Positions 29,183-39,311 are shown, numbered from the stretch's first letter. The stretch is DNA of 64,000 nucleotides from an uncultured bacterium (GCA_963977015.1 CAXBMO010000005.1:64001-128000), one strand, 5' to 3'. A program made the numbers and translations. Notes: generated by a model not told the origin, from the letters alone.

Positions 29183-31239
29183 ACCTTCAAGCTGCTTTTC
29201 ACCTTCTCCCAAAGTCCGCTGCCAACCATCTTATCGGCTTTGTCGAGCAGGACGCGAACCAGTTCCAAAGCGTCCCCTTCTCCGGCCCAATTTCGCTGCA
29301 CAACTTCAGGCTCAACGTCATTCATCATGCGATTGATGACGAAAGCCGCGAGCGCCAAGTCATCAAGATAACCGATTGGCCCCAGCAAACCTTCCGGAAC
29401 GACATCGAATGGAAGCACAAAGTAGGCGATTGCCCCGCCGAGCGCCGCCTTGTGTTTGGAAGGAACATCCGGATCAGCGAGCAGTCGTGTGAGCAGGTGA
29501 AAGAAGTCCGGGACCATCAGAATGTATTCCAGCCAACGGTGACTGAGTCCGGTTTTGGTCGCAGCCCATTCTGAAACGCGATCCCGGAGCTGCCGATAGA
29601 ATCCCTCGTGCCCACTCACGAATTCTCCGGAAATCGAGGTCGTTCCCGCCCCGGGAACGCTTGTCCGGAGGATTCCCGCAGTTTTGCTGCCGCACGATTC
29701 AAGCGTCAGTTCCCCTGTCGCCGAAGCGGGGATCGCAAAAAAGCGGCCGGGCCCAAAAACGTGCTCCCCACATCGAATTTGCCCCTGAATCACCGTGATG
29801 ATCGCAAATTCGCCCAATCCCCCCGCAATTCGCGACTCACCGGGTTTGAGTTCCCATTTTTCGACATTGAAGTACTCGCATTCGACCAAGGTGTTTCCAC
29901 TGGGAATGGCAACTCCAGGCTCGATGTCTTCAAAATCAATGCTCTGAAGGGACTCCTCCACGTGAAGTTCGCGGGGTTTGCCATCCAACCCGGTTCGGTT
30001 CCAATCGAAGACCCGATAAGTAGTATCGCTGTTCTGCTGAATTTCGTAAATCAGCAAGCCCGCGCCAATTGCATGAATCCGGCCACTTGGAATGAACAGA
30101 CAATCGCCGGTTTTGACCTCGATCTCGTGAACTTTGTCCGCGAGGCTGCCATCTTGAATCGCAGCCTCGACCTCTTCCCGAGTCACACCGCTCTTGAGGC
30201 CCGCGTAGAGTTTCGCACCGGGCATCGCGTGAGCGACATACCACATTTCCGTCTTCGGTTCGCCATTCAGAGCTTTCGCCGCTGACTGCGGAGGATGCAC
30301 CTGGATCGACAAATCCTGGGTTGCGTCCAGAATCTTGAGGAGAAGGGGAAATCGATCCCCCGAGGCTCCAGCACCAAAAATCTCGGCCCGCCGTTGCTCC
30401 CACAACTCGCCCAAGGTAAATCCGGCAAAGGTTCCTGCGCGAATCACGGTTTGAGCTTCCGGCCGATCAACCATCTCCCAGCTTTCGCCAAACGGCTGAT
30501 CACTGGGCAATGAACGGTTGAGCCACTCCTGCAGTTTACGGCCGCCCCAAACCCGTTCCTGGTAAACGGGTTGAAACACCAGCGGTTCATTCAAGGGTGG
30601 TGTTTCTCTCAGAACCTTCTTTTTCTGCGCGTTCCATTCTTCAGCAGTGTCGATATCCGTGGAGATTGGCAGAGATCCAATGTGTAGCTGCAACTCCATT
30701 GCGCGCTCAACGCTCTTGTCGAGCGTCTCTTCGGAACTCCAGGGAATGTCTTGAAACAGCTCCGGTTTGAAGAGACTCAACCCAATCAGGTAATAGCCTC
30801 CATCGGCGGCCGGGCCGAAAACCACGTCTTCCTCGTCCAAACGCTCCCAGGTTTTCGTGAAGGTCTCGGGGGTAATTTCCACACAATCCGTCCCAATCGC
30901 CGCGACTTTTCGAAATCCTTGACCAAAGGCGGTCTGGAACGCGGCACTCATTCTTGCCCCCAAATCACCTTCTGCCTGAGCAACCAGCTCGACGTTGCCG
31001 GGTGCATCAGGCCATTCGCTCGCGAGCCAGGTTTTAATGTCTTGCTCGCGATTCGGAGGGTCGAACAGAATCCGGATTTGTTGCGCATCCGTTTGTCCCA
31101 CGACCGCCAGGACTTCCCGAACCAGGCGGCGATAAACAATAGCCGCAGCCTCGTCACCGATTTCTGAACCAAGGCGCGTTTTCACCTCACCGGGCGTGGG
31201 AAATTTAAGGAAAATTAAAATTAGGGTGTCCTTCACCAT
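29179..31239 (-). CDS. Fusion: DUF2064/TIGR04282 glycosyltransferase-like + type I mannose-6-phosphate isomerase + DUF1232/YkvA
   Basis: aa1-205 KFPTPGEVKTRL, GDLGARM, IGTD, GPAADGGYYLIG, DIDT; aa215-530 VWGG, LSIQVHP, KTEMWY, IHA, EIQQNSDTTYR; aa545-686 YFVLPFDVVPE, GYLDD. Confidence 0.9.
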   Translation of the reverse strand: MVKDTLILIFLKFPTPGEVKTRLGSEIGDEAAAIVYRRLVREVLAVVGQTDAQQIRILFDPPNREQDIKTWLASEWPDAPGNVELVAQAEGDLGARMSAAFQTAFGQGFRKVAAIGTDCVEITPETFTKTWERLDEEDVVFGPAADGGYYLIGLSLFKPELFQDIPWSSEETLDKSVERAMELQLHIGSLPISTDIDTAEEWNAQKKKVLRETPPLNEPLVFQPVYQERVWGGRKLQEWLNRSLPSDQPFGESWEMVDRPEAQTVIRAGTFAGFTLGELWEQRRAEIFGAGASGDRFPLLLKILDATQDLSIQVHPPQSAAKALNGEPKTEMWYVAHAMPGAKLYAGLKSGVTREEVEAAIQDGSLADKVHEIEVKTGDCLFIPSGRIHAIGAGLLIYEIQQNSDTTYRVFDWNRTGLDGKPRELHVEESLQSIDFEDIEPGVAIPSGNTLVECEYFNVEKWELKPGESRIAGGLGEFAIITVIQGQIRCGEHVFGPGRFFAIPASATGELTLESCGSKTAGILRTSVPGAGTTSISGEFVSGHEGFYRQLRDRVSEWAATKTGLSHRWLEYILMVPDFFHLLTRLLADPDVPSKHKAALGGAIAYFVLPFDVVPEGLLGPIGYLDDLALAAFVINRMMNDVEPEVVQRNWAGEGDALELVRVLLDKADKMVGSGLWEKVKSSLKV

Positions 31240-31511
31240 TATCGTAATTTGGTAATTCGTAGCTGTTAGGCTTTGAAATTGCTACAATGGGTGGCACGCT
31301 AATTTGCGGCACCTGGAATCCGTCTAATCAAAGCCACAACGACCGCCGACTCAAAGTCAATTTCCGCGAAATCCTCGCACCATGAAGCCCGTCCGACTGG
31401 AATCCAACTTCCCTCAAAACCGCAAAGGAAGTCGAATCGCCAATCCCCCGAAAAACCACACGAAATTCTGGTCGCCAGAACGAAGGAAGTTGGTTACCAT
31501 TTCCACTGCCA

Positions 31512-32276
31512 ATGTCTGAATCGATCGGCAAACAGCTGAAGCAAGCACGGCTCAAACGCGGGTTGAGTGTGGAGGATATTGCCCACGAAACGCGGATTCA
31601 GGAATCAATGCTGCGAAATCTGGAGGAGGATGATTACTCACAGTTTCCCAGCCCCACTTACGCCCGCAGCTTTCTCTCGATTTACAGTGAAAATCTTGGT
31701 GTCGATGCGAGCGAGGTCATTGACGCAATGTCCGGCCCAGGAGGTGGCGGAATCGGAGCCAGCAAGGAATCCTTGGAACCGATCATCGATTTAACGCCTT
31801 CCGATCAGACGATCCCAATCTTCAAGGACGTTGAAGAGCCTCAGAAAGGTCATCCGATTGTGATGATCCTGCTGTTCGTGGGGTTGATCGTCCTCGTGCC
31901 GAGCGTCTTCCTCATTGGCAAACGCATGGCGCATGAGGAATTGAGCCAACAGGCAGCCTTGGCCAAAGCAGCTCCCGATTCAGAAAATCAGGCCGGCGAA
32001 GGGGAAGCCAAGTCCGGCGAAGACGAGAGCGACTCTGCTGTTGCTCCCGGTAAGCCGAAGCCAAATGGCCCCCGCTCGGAAGCTGATCTCCTCAATGATT
32101 TGATCTGGACTCCGACCTCTGGAGAAAACGACGGAGCACGCATCACACCAACGACGCCCCCACCGACAGGTGGGAGTGGCGACTTGATCGCTCCGGTCGC
32201 AAAGCCGATTCCGATTCCCCAACCTGAAGATCCTACCGCCGAAGACGTCTCATCTTCTAGCGAGGAGACTCAATAG
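31512..32276 (+). CDS. RodZ-like HTH membrane protein
   Basis: IGKQLKQAR..LEEDDY..YARSFLSIYSENLG; single TM; Pro-rich tail. Confidence 0.8.
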   Translation: MSESIGKQLKQARLKRGLSVEDIAHETRIQESMLRNLEEDDYSQFPSPTYARSFLSIYSENLGVDASEVIDAMSGPGGGGIGASKESLEPIIDLTPSDQTIPIFKDVEEPQKGHPIVMILLFVGLIVLVPSVFLIGKRMAHEELSQQAALAKAAPDSENQAGEGEAKSGEDESDSAVAPGKPKPNGPRSEADLLNDLIWTPTSGENDGARITPTTPPPTGGSGDLIAPVAKPIPIPQPEDPTAEDVSSSSEETQ

Positions 32277-32325
32277 AACGTAACGTCCCGAGTTACGGAA
32301 AACACCCCACCCCATCGAAATCCCC

Positions 32326-32517
32326 ATGCCCGAAGAAATCAAAGCCATCGTCTACGAGACGGATGGTTGGTTTATGGCGCTCTGCACCCATTTCCCCGGA
32401 GTAACCGGCGAAGGTCGATCCAGAGACGAATGCATTGCAGATCTTACCCAGAAGATTGAGCAGCATATTGCAGAAACGACCACCGAAGTCGTGACTGCTG
32501 AAGCTGCCAACGGTTAA
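32326..32517 (+). CDS. HicB-like small protein
   Basis: DGWFMALCTHFPGVTGEGRSRDECIADL resembles the HicB N-terminal fold. Confidence 0.7.
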   Translation: MPEEIKAIVYETDGWFMALCTHFPGVTGEGRSRDECIADLTQKIEQHIAETTTEVVTAEAANG

Positions 32518-33116
32518 CACTTCCGGTCTTTGCAGCGCTTGAAGAGCCCCTTGCGCTTCACCTCGGGAATTCCGGGATGGTGAGGCTTAAAGAACTTGGC
32601 TACCAGCTGCGGTTTGGGAAACACGCTTCCCTCCTTCTCCTTTTTGCGCAGGAGAACCGTGAGTGGCTTCCCAACGACCTTGGAAACAGGCGAGCTGAAG
32701 AACTTGATTGCGCGCTTCTGATAACGCTGCCCATGCTTGGAAAGCGTGCCGGGATCAATTTCCTGCAACCCAGCAACGAGCTGATGGTCAGATTCCCTAA
32801 TCACCTTGGCAGACGTTCCCAATGCATAAACCACGTCATGCCGGCGAAAGAGTTCATCCATTTCATCGATGGGCTTTCCTCCTTTGTTTGACAGTCCACC
32901 CCAGTTCCCATAGAACGCGAACTTGTTCACGCATGGGATGGCTCGAATCACAGAACTGAGTGCTCGATAGTGTGGCGCCTCTGGAGTCCGTTCGTAATTC
33001 TTCCAATCGATGGAAAGGGTTGCCTCGTACCTTTTGGAAATCGCCGACCAAGAGATATCTGGGACACCAAGTATGGCGAGAACAGTAATTCCCAGCATTG
33101 TAGAAGAGAACTTCAT
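32514..33116 (-). CDS. Secreted phospholipase A2-like protein
   Basis: Signal peptide; YGNWGG Ca-loop, PIDEMDELFRRHDVVY catalytic helix, downstream SDHQL. Confidence 0.7.
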   Translation of the reverse strand: MKFSSTMLGITVLAILGVPDISWSAISKRYEATLSIDWKNYERTPEAPHYRALSSVIRAIPCVNKFAFYGNWGGLSNKGGKPIDEMDELFRRHDVVYALGTSAKVIRESDHQLVAGLQEIDPGTLSKHGQRYQKRAIKFFSSPVSKVVGKPLTVLLRKKEKEGSVFPKPQLVAKFFKPHHPGIPEVKRKGLFKRCKDRKC

Positions 33117-33236
33117 TCCTAAATTTAACGTTCAATAACCAGAATGCTTGTGAAAATTCCGACAGAATCCGTGTTGGCAGCTTATACCGTTCATGCGAAG
33201 AGTGAATTACCGAAATCTTATCCCCGTCTTGCCCTT

Positions 33237-34052
33237 ATGATGTTACCCCGCGTCGGCTATTTCTCGCTCCTTCTCACCACCATTCTGTTCTCCATTGGCA
33301 CCGGTCACGCAGACAAAGCAACGACTCAGGCCGCCCGGAAAATCTACCAGGCTCATCAGGACTCCCTGGTCGTGATCACGGCCATATCGACGATCTCATT
33401 TACGACCGACAGCGAGAGCCTTCCTGATCAGGAGCGGCGCACGCAAACTCTCGGCACCATCATTGATTCCAAGGGACTCATCATGCTTTCCAACAGCGCC
33501 CTGGACCCGAGTGTCGGCATGGCCGGTCAGAGGGGACGCCCCGTGGGCAGCGAAACGGAATTTGTCACGGTAGTGAATGCGAGCGCACGGTTTCCGGAGA
33601 TACAGGTGAACCTGGCCGATGGAACCGAATATCACGCGGCATTGATCGATAGAGACGAGAAGATCGATCTCGCATTTCTTCGAATCGATCAGAAACAACT
33701 GAAGGAGCGCAAGACCGCGCTTCCCTTTGTAAACATCAATAACCGGATCACGGAAGGCGAGATTAGCATCGCCGATGAAGTGATTGGTCTTTCTCGTTCG
33801 TCACCGGTATACGCCTACATCCCTTCCGTCATTCCTGGATATGTTACCGCCGTTTCAAAACGCGACTATACCTTCTATATTTCAACGGCCGGCACGGCAC
33901 AGGGCATTCCGCTTTTTGCACTGAACGGCAAGTTTATTGGAATTACAGTCCAACGAATCGTTGAAGGGAAGCGCACCAACCTCCTCGGAACTCTGGGAGC
34001 TGGGACGGTTAAGACGATGGCGGATTTGGCGGCCACCCGGCGATCACGGTAA
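33237..34052 (+). CDS. Secreted trypsin-like (S1C) fold protein, catalytic His/Ser apparently missing
   Basis: GTIIDSKGLI, DLAFLRI, GIPLFALNGKFIGIT. Confidence 0.7.
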   Translation: MMLPRVGYFSLLLTTILFSIGTGHADKATTQAARKIYQAHQDSLVVITAISTISFTTDSESLPDQERRTQTLGTIIDSKGLIMLSNSALDPSVGMAGQRGRPVGSETEFVTVVNASARFPEIQVNLADGTEYHAALIDRDEKIDLAFLRIDQKQLKERKTALPFVNINNRITEGEISIADEVIGLSRSSPVYAYIPSVIPGYVTAVSKRDYTFYISTAGTAQGIPLFALNGKFIGITVQRIVEGKRTNLLGTLGAGTVKTMADLAATRRSR

Positions 34053-35381
34053 TACGACCGTGAAAACCTTGGTGAAGATAAATTCCGCACCAAAACCGGT
34101 CAGAAACGCCAATTGAATGAGCGTCAACCGGTAGTCCGTCCGCCAACCAGACATGAGTCCCCCGATCACAAACACGGCGACCGCTGATGTGATCGCAAAG
34201 GGCAACCAGCCAAGCCCCAGAACGGCGACGTAAACCACCAACACGCCAAAACACTGGGCCGCCAACACCGGGCGTTTCACAAAGTTCACCGGCGCCACTT
34301 CCTCGGCTTCTTCTTTTCGAATCAGGACCCAGATCAACAAGCCTCCGACGATCAGCGCCACATAGAGCGGGAAATTGGGAAGCTTGGTCTCCTTCTTCGC
34401 GACAACGGCTTCAAATTTCTTGATCGTTTCCTCCAGTCTTACCAGAAAGGGCTCTCCCTTTGAAAACGTGGGATCAATTCGCAGGCGCCGCAACTCCTCT
34501 TCCACTTTGGCGTTGGACATTGCTTTCTCAAACGTCTCGGCCAGAAAATCGACGACTTCCCGCGGAGTCCCTTTGGCTGTCCACCAATAGTAAGCACTAC
34601 TCAAAAGAACATCGACCCCCTGCTCGATACTGGTCGGAACATCTGGAATCGATTCGTGGCGTTGCGGGCTCAGTACCGCCATTGCCCGGATATTCTCGGA
34701 TGGCGGTGTTCCATCCGGTCGCCGAAAATCCAGATACTCTCCCAAGGTAAAGATCCCGGCATCAAGGTGCCCTCCCAGAATCTTCGAATATCGATCCGCA
34801 CCTCCATCTGCGGAAACAATGCTGAATTCCGCGCCCGGCACCTGGCGCTCCAATTGAAGCGTGGCAAGATAAGCAGGCGAACCTTGGTTGGCGCCGAAGG
34901 TCACGGTCTTTGGGGCGCGCTTCGCTTCTTCCAACATCGAAGGGAGGTCGGGAAATCGGCAATCCTCCCTCACCATCACGATCATCGTGACCTCACCGGT
35001 TAGCGCGATGGGTTCAAAGGCTTCCGGTCCAAAATCGACGACTCCGGAAAGCTTGGTCGCGATGATCGCATTGTGATGACAAAGCAACGTGTAACCATCG
35101 GGCCGGGCATTTTTCGCAGCCCGGCTTCCAATGGTCCCGCTCCCCCCCGGTTGATTGCTGACCACCAGAGGTTGGGGTAACAGATTGTCTTCAACGATTC
35201 CAATCTGAAGCTTCCGGACAAAGGTATCGGATCCCCCGCCTGCGCCATAAGGCACAATGATGGTAATCGGTTTATTGGGATAAATGTCCTTTTGACCGGA
35301 ATTCGAGATCAAGCGTCCCGTCCACCATGCAACCAATGCGGCAACAACGATCCAGGTAGCAATGTTGCGCAGTTTCTTCAT
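34044..35381 (-). CDS. Tripartite tricarboxylate transporter receptor TctC fused to a TctB-like membrane domain
   Basis: YPNKPITIIVPYGAGGGSD, NQPGGSGTIG, PDGYTL, PDVPT; C-terminal ~110 aa with about four TMs ending VFTVVLP; ATGA overlap with tctA. Confidence 0.85.
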   Translation of the reverse strand: MKKLRNIATWIVVAALVAWWTGRLISNSGQKDIYPNKPITIIVPYGAGGGSDTFVRKLQIGIVEDNLLPQPLVVSNQPGGSGTIGSRAAKNARPDGYTLLCHHNAIIATKLSGVVDFGPEAFEPIALTGEVTMIVMVREDCRFPDLPSMLEEAKRAPKTVTFGANQGSPAYLATLQLERQVPGAEFSIVSADGGADRYSKILGGHLDAGIFTLGEYLDFRRPDGTPPSENIRAMAVLSPQRHESIPDVPTSIEQGVDVLLSSAYYWWTAKGTPREVVDFLAETFEKAMSNAKVEEELRRLRIDPTFSKGEPFLVRLEETIKKFEAVVAKKETKLPNFPLYVALIVGGLLIWVLIRKEEAEEVAPVNFVKRPVLAAQCFGVLVVYVAVLGLGWLPFAITSAVAVFVIGGLMSGWRTDYRLTLIQLAFLTGFGAEFIFTKVFTVVLP

Positions 35382-36856
35382 CCTCGTTTCCATTGAATCT
35401 TTCGGAGGAGTGGCAAAAAGAGCATCAGCATGGCGACCAGAAAAAAGACGAGCGAAATTGGCCGGGTAAAGATTGGAGCAAAGCTGCCATTCGAAGCCTG
35501 AAGCCCCAGGCTCAGATTTTTCTCGGCAATGGGACCAAGGACAAAGCCAATCACGAACGGAGCCAGGGGAATTCGCTTGGCCTCAAGGGCAAACCCGAGC
35601 AGCCCAAAGCCCAGCATCACCCAGACATCAAAGAGGCGGCTGCCCAACGCAAATGAGCCAATCACGCAGAAGCAGAGAATGATGGGCAGCAGAAACGATC
35701 TTGGGATTCGCGTTAACCTGGCCAGAAATCGCATCGCTCCAAACATCACCACCGCCATCACCACATTCGCAATCGCCATTGAGCCCATGATGGTGTAAAC
35801 CATGTTCGGGCTCTCTTCGAAAAGCCGCGGTCCCGGCTGGAGACCGTGGACGATCAGGGCTCCAAGCAAGACGGCTTCCACCACGCTTCCGGGTAGTCCC
35901 ATCGCCACGAGCGGAATCAACGCTCCTCCAATCGTGGCATTGTTGGCGGACTCAGCCGCGACGATCCCATCTTCGTGACCGGTTCCAAATTTCTCGGGTT
36001 CTTTCGAAACGCTCTTCGCAACGGAATAAGCGGTCACGGAACCGATGTTGGCTCCAATTCCCGGCAGGATCCCAATCCACGTTCCAATGACCGACGAGCG
36101 AAGCATGTTCATTCCATGCCGAACCACATCAGCCCAGGCCAACAGCACGCTCCGATGGCCGAGTTCAACTGGTTCGCCCTTTTCCTCGATATTGATGATG
36201 TCGCGCAGGATCTGGTTGACCGCAAAGAGCCCAATCAACACGGGCAAGAGCAGGAATCCATCATTCAACGCGGTGATGCCAAAGGTCATGCGCGCCTCGC
36301 CCGTGGCGGCGGAAATGCCGGGCATCGAAAGGAGTATCCCGAGAAATCCGGAAAACAACGCCCGCGGAAGGCTCTTCCCTCCAATCGTCGCAATCAAGAC
36401 CAGCGCCATCATCACAAGGCTGAAGTATTCGAAATAGCCAAACTTTGATGACAGCTTCGCGATCGGTGCCGTGAGAAGCAGGAGAAACGTCCACGAGATC
36501 AGCCCCCCGGCAAACGACGACATCACGCCAAGCCCCAGGGCTCGCCCCGGCTGACCATTTTGCGCCATCGGATAGCCGTCCAAGGTCGTCACGATCGAAG
36601 CCGGCGTTCCCGGCATTCTCAGCAAGGTCGCCGTGATCATTCCTCCACTTACGGCTCCGACATAGATGCTGATCAGAAAAGCCATCGAGTGCAGCGAATC
36701 CTGCCCATAGGTCAGAGGAAGGCATAGCGCGATCAGCATCGTTCCGGTCAGCCCCGGAATTGCTCCAACGAAAACGCCTAACATCGTGCCTGCGATGATC
36801 AGGAAAAGCCCGGTTGGACTAAAAAGGTGGGTAAGGGCTTCGTCGAGTCCTGGCAT
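35378..36856 (-). CDS. tctA: Tripartite tricarboxylate transporter large permease
   Basis: GAIPGL, PGTPAS..TTLDGYPMA, GILPGIG, ESANNA, PGPRLF. Confidence 0.93.
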   Translation of the reverse strand: MPGLDEALTHLFSPTGLFLIIAGTMLGVFVGAIPGLTGTMLIALCLPLTYGQDSLHSMAFLISIYVGAVSGGMITATLLRMPGTPASIVTTLDGYPMAQNGQPGRALGLGVMSSFAGGLISWTFLLLLTAPIAKLSSKFGYFEYFSLVMMALVLIATIGGKSLPRALFSGFLGILLSMPGISAATGEARMTFGITALNDGFLLLPVLIGLFAVNQILRDIINIEEKGEPVELGHRSVLLAWADVVRHGMNMLRSSVIGTWIGILPGIGANIGSVTAYSVAKSVSKEPEKFGTGHEDGIVAAESANNATIGGALIPLVAMGLPGSVVEAVLLGALIVHGLQPGPRLFEESPNMVYTIMGSMAIANVVMAVVMFGAMRFLARLTRIPRSFLLPIILCFCVIGSFALGSRLFDVWVMLGFGLLGFALEAKRIPLAPFVIGFVLGPIAEKNLSLGLQASNGSFAPIFTRPISLVFFLVAMLMLFLPLLRKIQWKRG

Positions 36857-36955
36857 CAGAGTGAGCCGTGATGTTGTGCAGAACCGGACGCGAACACAAG
36901 TATTCTTTCACGAACAAGCGAATCGATGGATCACACCAAACGTTTTTGCCCCCGA

Positions 36956-37915
36956 TCAACTCAGTTCACGACGCCGTGACAAATAGGCGTTGATCGTGTC
37001 GGGAAGCGAACTCTTGGTATTTACCGGAACGTAATCCGCCTTCATCTGCCCACAGGCCTTCTCGACCGTGTCGATAAATCCGCGAACGCGCTCCATGTAT
37101 TGCGCTTTGATCGCCAATGGGTCGACCTTCAGGTTGGAATTGAGGGACTCCAGGTTTCGGAAATTCGTGAATTTCCGAAACGGAAACGTCAGTTCCTCCT
37201 CTGCCATGAGGTGAAAGATGACGATCTCGTGATTGCGATACTGAAAGTGGTGAAGCGCTTCCTTGATCTTATCGCCATCATCAAAGAGATCGCTGATGAT
37301 GATGACCAAGCCTCGCCGTTGAATGCGTTCCGCGATGTCGTGAAACACTTCCGCAGCAGCGGTGTCTTCCCCCGGCTCGGTTTGGTGGAGTTCCTCCAAT
37401 ATCAAACGAACCTGACTTGGCTTGGACGCGGCGCGAATGTAGCGGCGAATTTCGGTATCGAACGTGACCAGTCCGACGGCATCGGACTGTTTGATGAGAA
37501 GATAGGTCAACGCAGCAGCCAGGTAACGGCCGTATTCAAACTTGGAGAGAACGTTCCCATCAAGTTTTGAAGAGTGGTCACCCACGTAATTCATTGATCC
37601 GGAGGCATCCATAATGATGGTTGCCCGCAGATTGGTTTCCTCAATGTATTGCTTGATGTAGAAGCGATCTGCTTTGCCGTAGACCCTCCAATCCAGGTTT
37701 CGGAGGTCGTCTCCCTGGGTGTATTGGCGATGCTCGGCGAATTCGACCGAAAATCCTTTGTGGGGACTCGCGTGGCGCCCGGAAATGCTGCCTTCCTTCT
37801 TGGTTCGTGCCAAGAACTCGTGCTTTCCGATGATGGCGGTCAACTCCGGAGGCAAAAGCCGCAAGTAGGCAGCCTCTGAGTTTCCGTTCTTCGGCGTGGC
37901 GCGTTTGACGGCCAT
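36956..37915 (-). CDS. DUF58 domain protein (MoxR partner)
   Basis: GRHAS..KGFSVEFAEHRQY..GDDLRNLDW, DASGSM, IISDL. Confidence 0.93.
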   Translation of the reverse strand: MAVKRATPKNGNSEAAYLRLLPPELTAIIGKHEFLARTKKEGSISGRHASPHKGFSVEFAEHRQYTQGDDLRNLDWRVYGKADRFYIKQYIEETNLRATIIMDASGSMNYVGDHSSKLDGNVLSKFEYGRYLAAALTYLLIKQSDAVGLVTFDTEIRRYIRAASKPSQVRLILEELHQTEPGEDTAAAEVFHDIAERIQRRGLVIIISDLFDDGDKIKEALHHFQYRNHEIVIFHLMAEEELTFPFRKFTNFRNLESLNSNLKVDPLAIKAQYMERVRGFIDTVEKACGQMKADYVPVNTKSSLPDTINAYLSRRRELS

Positions 37916-37916
37916 C

Positions 37917-39311
37917 CTAGAGTCCCAGGTTTCCGTTTGGACTGAGATGCTCAATCAGCATACGGATCACATCATCACTGGTCACCCCTGCAGCTTCGGC
38001 ATTGAAGGTTGTAATGATCCGGTGCCTGAGAACCGGGAACGCAACGTGGTTGATGTCGGCGGTGGTAACGTGATAGCGGCCGTAGAGAATCGCCCGGGCT
38101 TTCGCCGCAAGAACCAGATAAATTCCAGCTCGCGGCCCAGCTCCCCAGGACATCATCTCGCGAATAAAATCCGGAGCTTCCGGCTCTTTGGGACGAGTGG
38201 CACGGGCCAACGCAGACGCATAGGCAATCACGTGATCAGCAACCGGCACTCGACGCACCACGTCTTGAAGCCGCATGACTTCTTCGGCCCCGAGCTGGCG
38301 GGTTGGCTTGGCCTTGTAGGTTCCGGAAACACGTTTGATAATTGCCTGCTCTTCTTCAGCGCTGGGATATCCCACCCGAATGTTGAACATGAAGCGGTCC
38401 AGTTGGGCTTCCGGCAACGGATAAGTTCCCTCTTGCTCAATCGGGTTCTGGGTGGCCAGCACAAAGAAGGGCTCAGGTAGTTGGTAGGTCTTGTCACCGA
38501 CCGTCACCTGACGCTCCTGCATCGCCTCAAGCAACGCGGCCTGGGTCTTCGGAGGCGTCCGGTTGATCTCATCCGCCAGAAGCAGGTTCGCAAAAATGGG
38601 GCCGTGAACGAACTTGAACACGCGTTTCCCCGTCGTGTGATCCTCCTCCAGAACCTCGGTTCCGGTAATGTCTGCGGGCATCAGGTCGGGGGTGAACTGA
38701 ATTCGCTTGAAGCTCATATCCAGAACTTCGCTCACCGTACTGACCAACAACGTCTTGGCCAATCCCGGCACCCCAACAAGTAGAGCGTGAGAACGGCAGA
38801 AAATCGAGATCAGCACTTCTTCAATCACGTCAGCCTGACCGACGATCACCTGGCCAAGTTCCGCCTGCAGCCGCTCGTAAGCCAGCTTCAGCTCATCAAT
38901 CGTTTGTTTATCAACCCCGCTCAGATCCGAATCCGCCGGCGCTTCGTCGAGTCCGGGATCAAAGGCCGGTTGCGGAATCGCGGTGCCAGCAACCGGAGCA
39001 ACCGGCGCCGCAACTCTTCCCGCGCCATCCAAATGAAAGCGAAACAACGCATTCCCCAAAGCGACCGTGTCTCCATTTCCCAATAACGCCTCGGTCGTCT
39101 CCCGGTTGTTTACGATCGTTCCCGTTTTGCTCTTCAAGTCCCGGATTACCCACTGACCCTGATCGTGGTTGAGTTGCGCGTGTTTCGAGGCAACCCCGCG
39201 ATCTTTAATCTGGAGTTCACAACGGCCACTGGAACCGAATGTTGCCCCCAGTTCATCGACTTCAAATGTTTGCCCTTCAAGGCTTCCTTCAAGAAATTGG
39301 ATTTTCGGCAT
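37917..39311 (-). CDS. FHA domain - MoxR AAA+ ATPase fusion
   Basis: N-terminal FHA-like fold ([27 protein letters not shown]); [54 protein letters not shown]. Confidence 0.92.
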   Translation of the reverse strand: MPKIQFLEGSLEGQTFEVDELGATFGSSGRCELQIKDRGVASKHAQLNHDQGQWVIRDLKSKTGTIVNNRETTEALLGNGDTVALGNALFRFHLDGAGRVAAPVAPVAGTAIPQPAFDPGLDEAPADSDLSGVDKQTIDELKLAYERLQAELGQVIVGQADVIEEVLISIFCRSHALLVGVPGLAKTLLVSTVSEVLDMSFKRIQFTPDLMPADITGTEVLEEDHTTGKRVFKFVHGPIFANLLLADEINRTPPKTQAALLEAMQERQVTVGDKTYQLPEPFFVLATQNPIEQEGTYPLPEAQLDRFMFNIRVGYPSAEEEQAIIKRVSGTYKAKPTRQLGAEEVMRLQDVVRRVPVADHVIAYASALARATRPKEPEAPDFIREMMSWGAGPRAGIYLVLAAKARAILYGRYHVTTADINHVAFPVLRHRIITTFNAEAAGVTSDDVIRMLIEHLSPNGNLGL

